Assembly: GCF_009914755.1 (NCBI RefSeq)
Contig: NC_060937.1
Length of the DNA: 64,000 nt
Source: the human T2T-CHM13v2.0 reference genome, Homo sapiens
Reading direction: 5' to 3' (one strand)
Both the position numbers and the translations under genes were made by a program. How positions within the stretch are numbered: position 1 is the stretch's first letter; each line of letters starts with the position of its first letter. The notes below the pieces were generated by a model that was not told where the DNA came from, made no database searches, and saw only the letters and a list, made by a program, of their open reading frames with translations. Shown here one piece after another: positions 27,931-41,592 of the stretch.

Positions 27931-29679
27931 AAGGAATAGAGACCTGCCTGTTCATCCCAGACCTGCCACCAAATTGTTGGTTGACCTTCAGAACATCCCC
28001 AATCTTTCTATCTTGTTGTAGAGACACTGACACCGGTGACTTCAGGATTTTTCTCTAACATTACATGAGATTATCCAGGTTGAAAAGCAGGTTGAAAAGT
28101 AGGAATTGTTATTCAATTTCTATAGCTCTGGGATCAGTGTGCTTCCTCCATAGTTAAACTTTTCTTGCTCTGGGAACTGACCCTTTTTAGCTATCAAATT
28201 GATCCATGTTTTTGTAAGAGCTCACCTTGGTCCATCTATACATTTCATCTCCACCTGAGTCCAGCGCCAGCACGCCAAGCCCTGCCGGGGTCTCACAGCC
28301 CTCCTGAGAAACACAAACATGCCCGTGTTCATAAATAAACACTGTTGTCCTTCTTGTTTTTTTTTTTTTCCTAGGAATTGCTACACACGAGTTCCCTTTT
28401 CTGCACCTCAGTCTGTGGAGGCAGGGCTGTATTTATTTATTTATTTTGCTCGTCCATTCTCCTTGAAGGCTATTTCCCTCTCGTCATCTTTTGGAGCTGT
28501 CACCCTTTGTAGATCATTCTTATTAAGCATTAACTTGGTGAATGGATGAGCATCACTTGGGAACAGCTCTGGGATATTACAAAACATAAAGCAGTCAGTG
28601 CAAACATCTGCAAAATTTGGCAATCCACTGTGGTTTCAATGAGCTAGGGGCCAAGTCCTTGACAGGCCTTGAGGTCCTTAGAGAACACTGCACAGGAAAG
28701 ATTTATTTGCGGAAAGGGTGAGAAATGTCACTTTGCACTTCAGGTATGAGGTGGAGGTGGTCAGCGTTTGCAAGCATGAGTCACTGTCTAATCTTAGCCT
28801 TCATGGGTGTTGGCTAAGCTGCCCTCACCCCATTCCAACAAGTCCTTGTAATGGCTTTGAAAGAAGCTTAAAATCCAGGATCACTTCTGGAAGGAGATTT
28901 GAGGAGCAGGTGCCATCTCTGGGCCGGGCTCCCTAAATCTCTGGGTTCCAGAGCTTGTCCTCCCACCACCTGGGTGCTAACAGGAGCTTGCATCCCACTC
29001 TGCACAATCGAGTGTCTCTGAGGCCAACCAACGCTCTGGGCTCCAGCTTCGGCACCCCTTCTGAGGCGACTGGCCAGCTTGGGCTGTCGAAGGTGGGAGG
29101 CCCTGACGTACACCACCAGCCCGCTTCCCCAGCCAGCAGCCACCGAGGCCTCCTGTGCCCACTGACGAGCAATGACATTTCAGCGAGTGAGCCGGCTGAG
29201 CCTCCTCCTGGAGTCCCCAGCAGTGCCACGGACACTCGCCTGTTTACAGAGCATGACTTTGCTTCTTGCTGCCTCACATCCTCGTTCAGCGCAGGGAGAG
29301 CAAGCAGGCCCCTTTCCCAGCAATTCCTGGATTCTCCACAGAAACTCCACAGTGATGCTGCTTGGGTTTCATGAAGGGGATGCTGGTATTTGGACCTTTC
29401 TTCTTTCCCTGGGCTTTTAAGGCAATGTCTCATGCTTCTAAGATCATTTTCCTCTGAAGGTTGGACCTTGAGATATTGGATCCCCATTTATGATCATGGA
29501 TAAAACATTCCCTCCAGTTTCGGAGTATGTACTTCAGAGCTGAGGAATGTTTTCTGTACTTTATAAAATCCCATATGCGTTGAATAGCTAATATTTAGCC
29601 ATCACTACAGGGCCACATGGTGACTTTCCCGGGATCTAGGCAATTTTGCTTTCATGGGCTCCTTCCTCTGTTCATTAAA

Positions 29680-29800
29680 TAAATACATATTTGTATTTGT
29701 AAGGGGTGCCAGTGCAATTTTTTTACATGGATATATTGCCATAGTAGTGAAGTCTGGACTCGGTACATCTATCACATCAGTACATTGTACCCATTCAATA
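29680..29800 (-). mobile_element. L1 (L1PB/L1MA) 3'-end fragment
   Basis: GTGCAATTTTTTACATGGATATATTG...GTGAAGTCTGG...GTACATTGTACCCATT. Confidence 0.7.
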
Positions 29801-29899
29801 GATATTGTTTTTATGACTGTGTTGATATAAGACAAATATAATTCATGGTGGGTTTATTATTATTATTGTATTATATTCATCATTTTCTTCTGATTTTAA

Positions 29900-30101
<202 letters not shown>

Positions 30102-33100
30102 AAAATAGAAAACACTTTTGGGGGCCCTAAAATTGTCGTGGGTCCTGGGCACTTTTTCCACTGAGTCTGTGGGGTGAGTCAGCCCCTCGTAGAGGCTGCC
30201 CGTATTCTTGGATTTGGTCTTGCAGCCTCACCAGGAGCCCAGAGGTTCTCAGTACCTGCACTGCAGCACCAAGCTGGTTGCAGTTTTCTATTCCAATTAG
30301 CAATGTCCCATGGCTTGGGTTCGTGTCTGGTTTATCTTTGAATCCCATCCTCACTTCTATACCTTCTGTAGATATTCAACAAAAGTTTATGGAATTAAAC
30401 TGAAGTTCTAAGATAAAATTTCACAGCCACATCCCAGGAAGGTTTGGGGAGTCAGCTAATGACACTAACTAGGGACCACACGCACACAGTGCCGTGAGAT
30501 CATCCAGAAGACAAATGATGGTGCTGGTTCCTTCACAACCACGTGGTGGAGACACACCAGGGGAAAAGCCTTCTGCTTAGGCCACGGATCTGGAGCCATC
30601 AGCCTTTCCTTGACCCCCAACTGCAAGTTCCTCCATCTTTGTTTTTTGTTTTTTGCTTGTGAATTAAGGTGATAATAATAACAGCAACCTTGTTAAAAAG
30701 AGGATGGATGTGAAGATATTAGGACACCACATGGGACACAGGGAATATTCAAGATGTTCGTTCACTATTTTCAGTAGTATAATCTTGTCCTGTATCCGTG
30801 TTGAATTATCACCTACATCTTAATGGCTATATTTCCAGAAATTTCTGCAATCAGCTAATATAGTGTGTGTTCAAAATCGAACTCCTTTTCTTATATTGAA
30901 ACACATAAGGTGTGTCCTTTTCGCCCATGCTGTAAGCTGTTTGAGGACTGAGGCTTTGCCTCTTGTTTTTGTTCTCTCAGAGCCTAGTAAATTCCATTTA
31001 TGGGGGCAGGTGTGACACAGATACACCGTGAGGCTCCCAAGGGACTGTAGCCTGAAGGATGTTACGTGGTGGATTTAACCACAGAAGTGAAGTGGTGTTT
31101 GGGCTTGTGGCTGATGGGTTTAGCTCAAAATTCTATGGATAGAGGCTTTCCCACCAAGCTATAGCATATCTACCCCTTTGCTGCCTCAGGGACTTGCCGT
31201 AAAGAGAGACAGGCGCAGGCTGGGGCAGCGGATGTAAATCTGGAAGCATACTTTCTGCAGCACCTATTGGAGCCACACACAAACTGTTCTATGAGCAAAC
31301 TTGGAACTTCTGCAGAAATAAAAACTATGGACATCTTGATATGGTAGAATAACATTTTTGAGATTTTATTGGAAATAGTATTAACCGGTTTTGAAAATCT
31401 CTCCTGGTAAATCTTCCTTCTTTTCTCTCACCTGCTCTGCTTTGCCTCAGGGTGAGACAGCGCAGTTGTGAAAATCTAGAAGGCAGAGGGGAGCTGCCTC
31501 TACCTTGGCTTCCCGAAGCCTCGACCCACTAAGCTATCGTCAGGTGCCTCCAAGGCAAACCAGAAAGTACAGGAAGTTTCTCTCAGGGAAAAACCTCAAG
31601 AATGGAAAAGAACTTCCTCCACTGGTGTCTAGAAAAAACATGCTCCTCAAGACTGGGAATTAAATCCCAGGGAAGCTGGCTGAGGGGGATCCTGAACATT
31701 TTCCTGGACAGAGTCCTGAGAAGTCAAGACCCCAGAGAGGGTTTGCAGGTGGTGCTGAGCCTCATGGGAGCAGCAGAAAGAACGTCACCTCTGCATCTCA
31801 GCGCAGGGCAAAGAGAGCCTCATGCCTGTGGACAGGCTCAGCAGATGCCCCGGGGGGGGCCTCCATGGACACAGGACTCAGGGACCACATTTCCTCCAAC
31901 CTCCTTGCCACAACACTAGTCAAGTTCCTGCAGTTACAACATCACCCTGGGAAAAATGGGGATTGGAATCCCTGGTTAAATGGAAAATGTGTGTCTTTCA
32001 CTCAGGTAGAGTAGCACCTTGAAACAGAAATTAACTTACAGAAAAAAATGGGAAAAGTCCTATTTCTAACACTATGGAATTTGTGGTTGACACTCATTTT
32101 GGCCACAATAACGAAGACCCATGCCAAAGATGTGAGCCCCAGCAGAGACAAGCCCTCCGGATGGCCAATGGCCTGGGACCGGAAGAGGACATAGTATCTC
32201 CACGGATGACAGAAGAGTCCTTTTGATCACACTGCCTGAGTCTCTTGTGAACAAGAATAAGAACTTGCAAAAACTCCTATAGTAAATGATAGAGATGTAC
32301 TTCTCTTTCCAAAGTACCAATCATTTCAAACAAATTCTCTTGGCAGCTTGATAAAGATTTGAGTTAAAGAAGCCCTCCAAGATTGCTTTATCTATAACAG
32401 TCAGGACTGGGTGAACGCTACCTGGCTACTACAGTCAAGATTTTGGGGCCCAATGTAGGTACAACCAAATGAGCAGTCTCTCTATGTGATGAAGAATGCT
32501 GCCCCAGTCTGGCTTATTTCTGATTCATTTTGTTGCTGGGCACATACCAGGTGCTGAGTAAATACCCACTGAATGAATGAATGAATGAAGCCTTCTTGAT
32601 TGCCCTGGGCCAATGAAGTCTGAGCCTCTCTGGAGCCCTTTGTTGCTCTGGGGCAGTAGAACTGCTTCTCGATTGGCAGGGCCTCATGCAGCCAAGCTAC
32701 TGTTGATGATTCTGGCCCAGGTATACTCAGACGTTACAGAGGACTGGCTGGATGACGTCCTTCTGGGCTGAGTCAGACAGTGCCTCATTTTATAAATGAC
32801 TGGAGTACAGGTATATTCCCAGCACAATGCCTGGCTCATGTTAGGCGCTAAACAAATCTTTGATGAATTAAATGGTCATGTGCTAAAATCATGCCAGATG
32901 AACCTGATGGCTGAATGAATGAATGAATGAATGCAGAAAAAACTTCGCATCCGTCAAGGGGCAGTAGGTTGGCAATCTCTGATCTGGGCTACTTTTCACA
33001 AGGTGCTTACATTTTTAAAAACTCCCATTTCTGAAGTTTTTGAATTTCCAGTGGGAAACTCTATGTCAAGCAAGCCAGCGTGGCTAGGACTCCCAGGTGC

Positions 33101-33378
33101 TCAGGCCAGAGCACAGGCTGGTTCCCCGGCGCGGGGCAGTCCTCTGCTCCACAACGCAATAAGGTGCAAAAAGTGGGATGGTGAGGAGATGGGAGGAGTC
33201 TCTGATTATGCTCAAGAGATGCCTGAGGGTCGGAGAAGAATCCTGGAGCTCAGCAAACAAAATGCAGCCTAGCAGATAATGCAGGCTGAGTTGGCTGCTC
33301 CTTCAAGTTCGCTGGGGGGCTGGAAGAGGGATCCCGTTGGTCTTCCGGTCCAGTCCCTGGGGACTGGGATGATGCACG

Positions 33379-33395
33379 GGTGCCCTCTGGTGGTC
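33379..33395 (-). promoter_or_regulatory. CTCF-like motif, reverse orientation
   Basis: Minus strand reads GACCACCAGAGGGCACC, a full match to CCASYAGRKGGCRS. Confidence 0.6.
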
Positions 33396-34259
33396 TTCTC
33401 ACCAAACTGCAGGCTCTGAATGCACGGGGGTCTCTGGCTGGGGAGTGGCCTGTCCACCCAGAGGACCAGCATCACCTGTTAGGGAAAGAAAAGAATCAAT
33501 CAGGGGCAGAGGAGCCAGAGCGCCTTAATTAAGTGCCTGACATTGTGGAATGTCTTCTTAGTAAGCCTATGCCCGGTTAGTCTATGTGGATTGATTTTGT
33601 GATTACATCTTGAAGTCCGGCCGCCAGGAGCCTTGATAAAATCTTTACATCTACATTAATCAGGAAAACCAGGTAGACCCCTCGGAGTACTTTCCAGATG
33701 TGTCCGGCAGATGAAGGCCTCCACGAAGATCAGTGTTCTCGGGGTCGTCATGAATTGTCAGATCCAGTAGCCAAAAGGGGCTGAGCAGCAAGAGTGGGGG
33801 AAGGAGATCAGGGGTGGGGCTGGCGTGGACATTTGGAGACCTTGCTGAGAACCCAGCAAAGCCAGGCTCTGTGGAGGGGCCACAGGCCTTCATCCCTGAG
33901 CTTTCAGCAGAGGGACACCCCCTCTCTCGAGAGTGGAGAGATGGGGTCCACACGCAGGCCACTGCCAGCTGACACTGAAGAATCTTCAGGATTCTCCCAG
34001 AGAACTGGGAATTATTTCACATATTAGAACTTATCCTTAGGGGGAAAACCAAGGCTCTTTTCATCCCCATATGCAGACAAATCATCCCATGAAGTAATAC
34101 GTCTTTTAAACATGTATGTACCAGGTTATGTGTTAACATGATATATTTAACCAAAGGGATGTTAGAAAGCAGGGAATTGCATGGTTCACAGGTGGATAAG
34201 ACATGTAGGTAGATGATGTCTCTCACCAAAAACCACTTGGATTCAGGATAATAATGATA

Positions 34260-34425
34260 ACCAAGAGTGGTGGCCTATAGTCCCAGCTACTCGGGAGGCT
34301 GAGGTAGGAGGATCTCTTCAGCCCAGAAGTTCAAAACCAGCTGAGCAACATAGACAGACCATATCTTGGAAAGGAAAAAAAAAATACACACAACAACAAC
34401 AACAACAACCACAAAAACCCAAAAA
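34260..34425 (+). mobile_element. FLAM_A-like Alu monomer
   Basis: TAGTCCCAGCTACTCGGGAGGCTGAGGTAGGAGGATC...GCAACATAG with CAA-rich tail. Confidence 0.75.
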
Positions 34426-34831
34426 CGATTTCATATATTGGGTCCTCTTCAAGAATCTGGAGAAGGAAACACTTAATCCAGAGCCCAAACGATCATAGAG
34501 TTTGAACTGTTTCATCATAAAATTACAGCTTATGCCCCTATGGGTTCTTTTGTTTGTGCCTCTACAAGTGACTAAAACAGCCATTTAAATATTGTGGATG
34601 CTTATTTTTGCAAAGGCAAAAAGCATGGGTTAAGCATGCTCCACTTACAATAATCACTCACCCATTCAACGGGTGACAAAGCTGAGGCTCTTAGGATGTG
34701 GCTGTGTGTTTCACGATAACTGCAATGAGGAAGGACAAAGCGAATCTAGCGTCCCTACATCCTTTCACAGGGAGAATGCTTCCCTGGTGCTCCCTGAATG
34801 CACAGCCACAGCAAGCACACTTTCTTCTGGC

Positions 34832-35518
34832 TTCTTGGAAAAGACAGGCCGCGAGAAGTGATTTCTGAGAAAAGCAATACCCCTCAATGAAAAACTGGTC
34901 ATAAAACATAAAAGAGGAACTGCCCTCCTCTCACCAACAGTAATGTGCCTTCTACTGTATCCTGCCTTCTAAAGGCTTCAAATGGTAAAAGAGCCGAATT
35001 TGAAACACTTGCTGCATTGAGGCAAAATTGAGCTTAGCCAGGATCTTTATGGCTCTTATAAATATTTATACTTAATAACATCTGGGCCTGAGCTTTAGTT
35101 TCTAAGCTCACATTTGCTCAACAAGTCTGGTTGTGTGTGTGTGTGTGTGCCTGCGTGTGTGTGTGTGTAAATGAGAAATGAGTTTCAGGAGGATATCTTT
35201 AGTTTGGTATTTTTGTTTTTATATTCGTTTCTCTTAGCATATTTTATAAGAGCCAAGCTAGGGTTGGTTTGATTTATTCATTTTACTACTAATCAAAAGG
35301 CACGAAGTGAAGGAGGATGGGAAAAAAGGGCGAATGGAAGGTGGGAGCTCTCTTAGGACCAGCTCACACAGCTGAGAGTTGCGCAAGTATCTGCAAATGT
35401 CAGGCCCCCAAATCTACTTTTGCCTGAATTCTATGATTGGCTGTCCCAGAGGTCCTGAATTTCCTCTAAATAATTGCATAATGTTCTCACTTTGTTTTAG
35501 CTAAGATGACTTAGTCAT
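34832..35518. promoter_or_regulatory. Candidate enhancer with STAT, PU.1, C/EBP, NF-Y and AP-1-like motifs
   Basis: Motif matches listed in findings; repeat-poor context; motif evidence only. Confidence 0.4.
35131..35168. repeat. (TG)n microsatellite
   Basis: Interrupted TG run. Confidence 0.9.
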
Positions 35519-37419
35519 GAGAATCAAACAAATGTTGTCGAGTTCTTCATGTTTTCCAAAAGCTTTTCAAGGACTTGATTTATTATTTTTGAGTAGGTCA
35601 AGATCAGCCACGTTTGCATAGCCAGAGAGCAATTATGTCTTTTGAACTTAAAGGACAAATATGAGTGAATGCAAATGAAGTCAGCCCTCAATTTTCTGCA
35701 CTAGGAAAAGCAAGACGATTCAAAAAATCAGTGGTATTTGGTTTGGAAATGGGTTTGTGCTTTTAATCAAATCCAGTACTTTTTAATTTTGTGGAATTCA
35801 CTTTCAGGAAGGAAAGGAACCTTGCTTTGAAGGACTGACTTGGAGCTTGGAAGCGCTTTTCTTCTCTCCTCTTCTCTTGTTTCTCAATGAACAAGAAGAA
35901 GGGGAGAAGAAGGCTTCCTTGCCAGCTTCAAAGGTTTTAGGGAAAGCTGTACTGCCCTTGTAAATACCTCTGCCGCAAAAACAGCAGTACAATTCATTTT
36001 GCAAGGGGCTCCCCAGCAAGGATGAACGTTGCAGAAAAAGCAAGTGAATACTAGAAGATCCATATGTCAGTAAAGCAAGGAATTAAAATGTTAGTGTTTC
36101 CTGCAGAAAGAGTGAGCTGTCAACTTGGAAAATAATTAAATGGTAAGTGCTGTCAAAGAATTTGAAAGATTTGCCTGAGGTAAACCAAAATGCAGACAAC
36201 TGATGCATAGGATAACACAGCAGATACACACGGCTAGATGCCAGGGAGGATATTTTGACATAGACAAGGGAAGTGACTAGTTCAAGGTCACTTGGGAGTT
36301 AAATTCCGCAGCTTATCTCCCTGTGACTGTAGTCCCCTGGCCGCCAGTACTTACGTTCCGTTGCCTTGTATTGTTGCATAAGCACTTAGCTTTGTTTTCT
36401 GTTCATCAGTGCAAGTGTGATGCTACCAATTCCATTCTTAGCACCAGACTTTTCTGACTCTAAGCTCCCTCTGGGTGTCAACATCGTCTCCCTTGAAAGC
36501 AGAGATAAGCCTACACTGTGTTATTAGAAGCAAAGGGTTTGAGAAAATGTTTTTTCCCCACCCTCAGCTCATCCTCCAACATGTGATTGAAAGTGAGAGT
36601 GAAACAGAAGATAAATGTCCTCCTCCTTGACTTGGAAGTTGGTTTTTGTCCAAAGGTAGAAGTCTTTGGAGTGAGATAGCAGGTAGAATTACACCTCATT
36701 TTCCTAACGATACAGGCACTATAATAACCTTGGAAAAGTAATCCTCAACACGATACCCATAGGAGTATTTCTAATAAGTAATTTGAAATCATATAACATT
36801 CCTGCTGTGGTGCAGTGCAAGGGAACCATGAGGAGATTAGATTTATTTTCTCATGTTTTTCCAAATGAGGCCGAGAGGCAGGAAGAGGGGCATCGCCTAC
36901 TTAATACTAATACTCTGACATTGTGTGACTATGTTCTTAGGCCCAGATCCAAATGGTGCTCTGGCTGAGAGAAACCAAAGCTGAAAGCTGAGAACCATCA
37001 ATCTCCGAAGCTGAGCTTTTTCAGATGCTTTCTGAAAACTGAGTATGCACATGATGGCTGGTGCATCCTGCGATTTCTAAAGGCTGGGGACTCCGGGAAT
37101 GCACTGATGAAAAGCAATCCCAAAAGGAATCGACAAAACCGAGTCTTTGAAACAGAGACTCAGATTTCAGGGGTAAAACAAATGATTGTGTTTAATATAG
37201 AAGAAAGCAAATGCTACTTTAATTTGTTAGTTTCACAAAAATTCATTATGCCAGAAGGAGAAGGGGATAGAAAAGAGTTCTAGTCTAGCATTTTAAGTAT
37301 AACAAAAATAAAATTTGTGAAATATGAGTACGAAGTATCAGGTGGAGGAAAGAGTTACATGAACAGTTTTCACCTTTAAGTCTTGACGATTCTGTTAGGC
37401 ATGCTCACTTAGAACCATA

Positions 37420-37630
37420 GCTACCATTTTGGGGCACTTACTGGAGATCAGACACTAAATTAAGTATGTACCTGATGAGCATTATCTTGATTGATCCTGA
37501 TGACAATCCTGAGAGGCAGGAGCGAGTATTCCCATTTTCCAAATAGGAAAATTGAGATTCAAAGAGGTAATTAATTTTCCCCAAGATCATGCAGTTTGTC
37601 TTCGGAGTAGCTAGGATTCAAACCCAGACT
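37420..37630 (-). mobile_element. MIR
   Basis: CCCATTTTCCAAATAGGAAAATTGAG...CCCAAGATCATGCAG...GGATTCAAACCCAG. Confidence 0.75.
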
Positions 37631-37777
37631 CGGGAGCCATCAGTAGGCTGCCTGCATCCCAGAATGCATCACTTTAGTAGTTCAAGGCCCCTCCTCCACC
37701 AAAAAAAAGAAGCTAATTGTGGAACCAGAGCTTAATTCAGACCCAGGGGAAAGTTTGGGCCCTCTTAAAACTAAGAT

Positions 37778-37977
37778 GACTGGGTGTGGTGGCTCATGCC
37801 TATAATCCCAGCACTTTGAGGGGCTGAGGCTGGACGGGGGGATTGCTTGAAGCCAAGAGTTCTAGAACAGCCGGGGCAACATAGCAAGACCCTTCTCTAC
37901 AAAAAAAAAAAAAAGAAAAGAAAGAAAGAGAAAAGAAAAAGAAGAAAGAAAGAAAGAGAAAGAAAGAAAGAAAGAAA
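37778..37977 (+). mobile_element. FLAM_C-like monomer with (GAAA)n tail
   Basis: Single left monomer; A-tail expanded into GAAA repeats. Confidence 0.85.
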
Positions 37978-39807
37978 CCTAAGGTAACCAGCCACCTGGG
38001 AGCCCTGTTCTAATAATATAGGTTACTGAAGAGCAGGACTCTACAGATTTACCAAAACCAATATTTTAAGGATATTGTCAGAATTTGATGAGAAGAAAAG
38101 ACAAGGCTTGTGGTCACTCTGAATAATCCCCAGAACATAAACCAGAAAAGGCAAGGAAGAGATGTTCACACCGGATTGAACTTGGGCTGAGAAAGCAACA
38201 GAAGCAAGGTCTGTAATTGGGAGCAATGGGTTCACTTTGAGAGAGCAAAGAGGAGCGCTTCTGAGAAGCCTTGGTGCCAAGACCAATATTATCTTATATT
38301 AAAAAATAATTGAAACTGATACAAGGCTTTTGCAGGTCCAAATTCACCATGACCAGGAGAAGAACAGGGGGTGGGGCAAGCAGTTGAGGATAGCAACCAA
38401 TTTTCAGTAGCCTGGGGAAGGAGGAGAAGGGGAGCCGACGAAATTCAATATTCCAGAAGTTAAAGCCTCATGCTTGTAGAGAACAAAAGAAAACACACCT
38501 AATGGAGTAGAATAATAAAGGGAACACTCTGCATTCAGAGGGATTGGGTCCTTCAAAGACCTTTGCTAATAACACAGGGGACTCCATCTCCTTACACCTG
38601 TGGGGCATTATTATTTGCAGGCTACTCTCTATTGCAAACCTGGCCATTGACAATGGTAAGAAAGTACCAACTGGACAATTGCATTCTAGCCTTGACAGGA
38701 TTAGGACCCAACGCCACCTGGGAAGAGAATAAGGCAGCAATAGCTGGGGGCCCACTGCCTAGGTGCTCATTTCGCCAGTGGGAGGGAAATTTTCGGTGTG
38801 GTCTCGTGAATGATGAGGTCACCCATTCCCTTCCTCTCTCCCTCCCTCACTCTTTCCAGAACAGCTAAAAAGTTCTGCAAATAACTCTCTGTTAACCAGC
38901 CACATGGTTAAGGTTAACAAAGTGAGTTATTTGAGTATGGCTAATGGAGAGTTGTATATTTTTTAATAGATGGCTAGTTTGCAGAGAATGAGAATATACC
39001 AAAGCAATTATCCATAACCATTTTGGCTTATGTACCCTCTAAAATAGTCTGAAAAACTTTGTACCCCCACCCATATTTTTCAGTTGACATCTAAGTTTTT
39101 TCATCATAAGTTTGTGTAATTGCAAAGGATTTAACTTTGTAAAATTCTACAATTCAAAATATAACTGTTATTAACTTCCTTAAATGTATCCAACTGAATG
39201 GTTTAATACCCACCATCATCCACTTAAAAAATACAAGTACAAACTCTTGTTTAATAGAAGGAAATTCCACATCATTCCCTTTTCTCCTTGACATTGTATC
39301 TGTATTCTAATTCTCTTTAAGAGTCCTCTTAATGTATTATATTTTTGTGTTTGTCTTGTATACTCTATCCTATGGTTCTGTGATAAATATATATATGAAT
39401 GTGTATGTATATGTATGTTTTTAAATTTGTATGTTTAAAACTTTTCTTCTGGATTGAGATGCCATTCTAATTATTAATAAATTATTTGACATAACAATAT
39501 AAATATTTTACAAATTTAAAAAATAATTATAAGCACAAAACTAAAGTTTTTACTGGACATCTGTCTTAATGAAATGGAAGAGAGTTTATAGTTTTTTAAA
39601 TTGTTTCTGTGTTTGATGCCCTGGAGGATTTTACACCTGGACCAATGCTGCATAATAAGCCTTTGTTGTTGTTTGTTTTTGTTTTTATAAAATAGGAGAA
39701 GAAAAATTTTGGCAGGAGAGGTGGGAAAGGAGAAAAACAAAGCCTTGTCCTTAGACCAATCAATTTTTAGGAGAGAGAGGTCATAGAAGTTGAAGAGTTG
39801 AAGATTG

Positions 39808-40124
39808 TTTTTCTTTTTTTCTTTTTTTTTTTTTTTTTTTTTTGAGACGGAGTCTTGCTCTGTTGACCAGGCTGGAGGGCAGTGGTGCAATCTTGGCTCA
39901 CTGCAACCTCCGCCTCCCAATTTCAACCGATTATCCTGCCTCAGCCTCCTGAGTAGCTGAGACTACAGGTGCACACCACCACGCCAGGCTAATTTTTGTA
40001 ATTTTAGTAGAGACAAGGTTTCACCATATTGGTCAGGCTAGTCTGGAACTCCTGACCTCAGGTGATCCACCTGCATTGGCCTCCCAAAGTACTGGGATTA
40101 CAGGTGTGAGCCACTGCACGCAGC
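39808..40124 (-). mobile_element. AluS
   Basis: Antisense Alu. Confidence 0.93.
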
Positions 40125-40309
40125 TGATTTTCTTAAAATTATCCAAATGCAGGTACCAGATGGAAAGATTTGGTGTAGGGTCAGACAGGGATCTGTACTT
40201 CAGCTTGAAGATGATTGCCTTAAACTGCACTGGATTATCATTTACTCTTTCTCTGGGGAGTCAGAGAAGCCAGCCAGAATCTTACAGTACAGGCTGACAG
40301 CAGGGATGT

Positions 40310-40510
40310 CAGACAAGCCTGTGCACGCTCCAGCTCTGCCACTTGCTAACCATGTGACTTCAGCAAGATGTAAACTCCGCTGACACTCAGCTCCCTCTTC
40401 TTTAAAATAGTTCCACCACAGGGCTCTAGAAGGATTACATGGCTAATACGTATTGGGTAATATGTAAGTGTGCATGTTGAACGTGGATGCTCAGAGCATA
40501 TTAGTTTCCT
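40310..40510 (+). mobile_element. MIR
   Basis: CCAGCTCTGCCACTTGCTAACCATGTGACTT. Confidence 0.7.
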
Positions 40511-40537
40511 TTCCTGCTATAGAAGTATTCGGATTAT

Positions 40538-40869
<332 letters not shown>

Positions 40870-41354
40870 CTACATGGACATTTATTCTATTCCCTCAACT
40901 CTTAGGGGCAAAGCACCTGAGAATAGTCCCCTGCCATTATTATTCAGAGTCAGTCCACCAGAAAAGAAAATAGTCACTTCGTGTGTCTTCATCCCTCTCT
41001 CTTGCTACGTTAGACATGGTAGGGGAGCCAGTCCAGCCCTCAGCCCCTTTGCTCTGGGATTTGCCTTCTTCTCTTCCTACTTCCTTTTTAGTAATTGTGA
41101 GTAGAAACCCCACCCATGGTTGCAGAGGGTCGGGGATGTGGGTGTATAGAAGCACAGTGTTGTCAAACTTAAAGAGTTGTCTTCATGGCAACTCAACCAT
41201 TATTTGGGTTATTATGCATAAACTACATACATGCATAGTTACTATTCACACACTTATTTGGGTCTCCAGTTTATCCGGAAGACATTAGGAGCTCTTCACC
41301 CTGTCCCCATTTGGAGGGTCAGAGGAATTCCTTAGAAGCAGAGAGGAAACCTGG

Positions 41355-41592
41355 ACTATAACTGAAGACCACGGGCTGTGGAATCAGAAAGATGCAGGTT
41401 CAAATCCAAGTTCTGTGATGACTTAGTTGGGAAACCTCAGCAGGTCTTTTCACCCCTGTAAGTCCAAGTTGGCTTATGCACAACATGTGATCAGTGGTGC
41501 CATTTTCTTCACAGGGTTGTTTGGAGAATTTAATGAAACGATGCACATAAAACACTAGCACAGTGCCTGGCATAAATAAGTATTCAATAAGT
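41355..41592 (+). mobile_element. MIR
   Basis: GGGCTGTGGAATCAGA...GGTTCAAATCC...AGCACAGTGCCTGGCATAAATAAGTATTCAATAA. Confidence 0.8.

Noticed and set aside
28868-29487. Overlapping ORFs on both strands
   Set aside because: Expected in GC-richer sequence; no domain signal
39000-39520. AT-rich segment, possibly an old DNA transposon
   Set aside because: Could not assign termini or family with confidence
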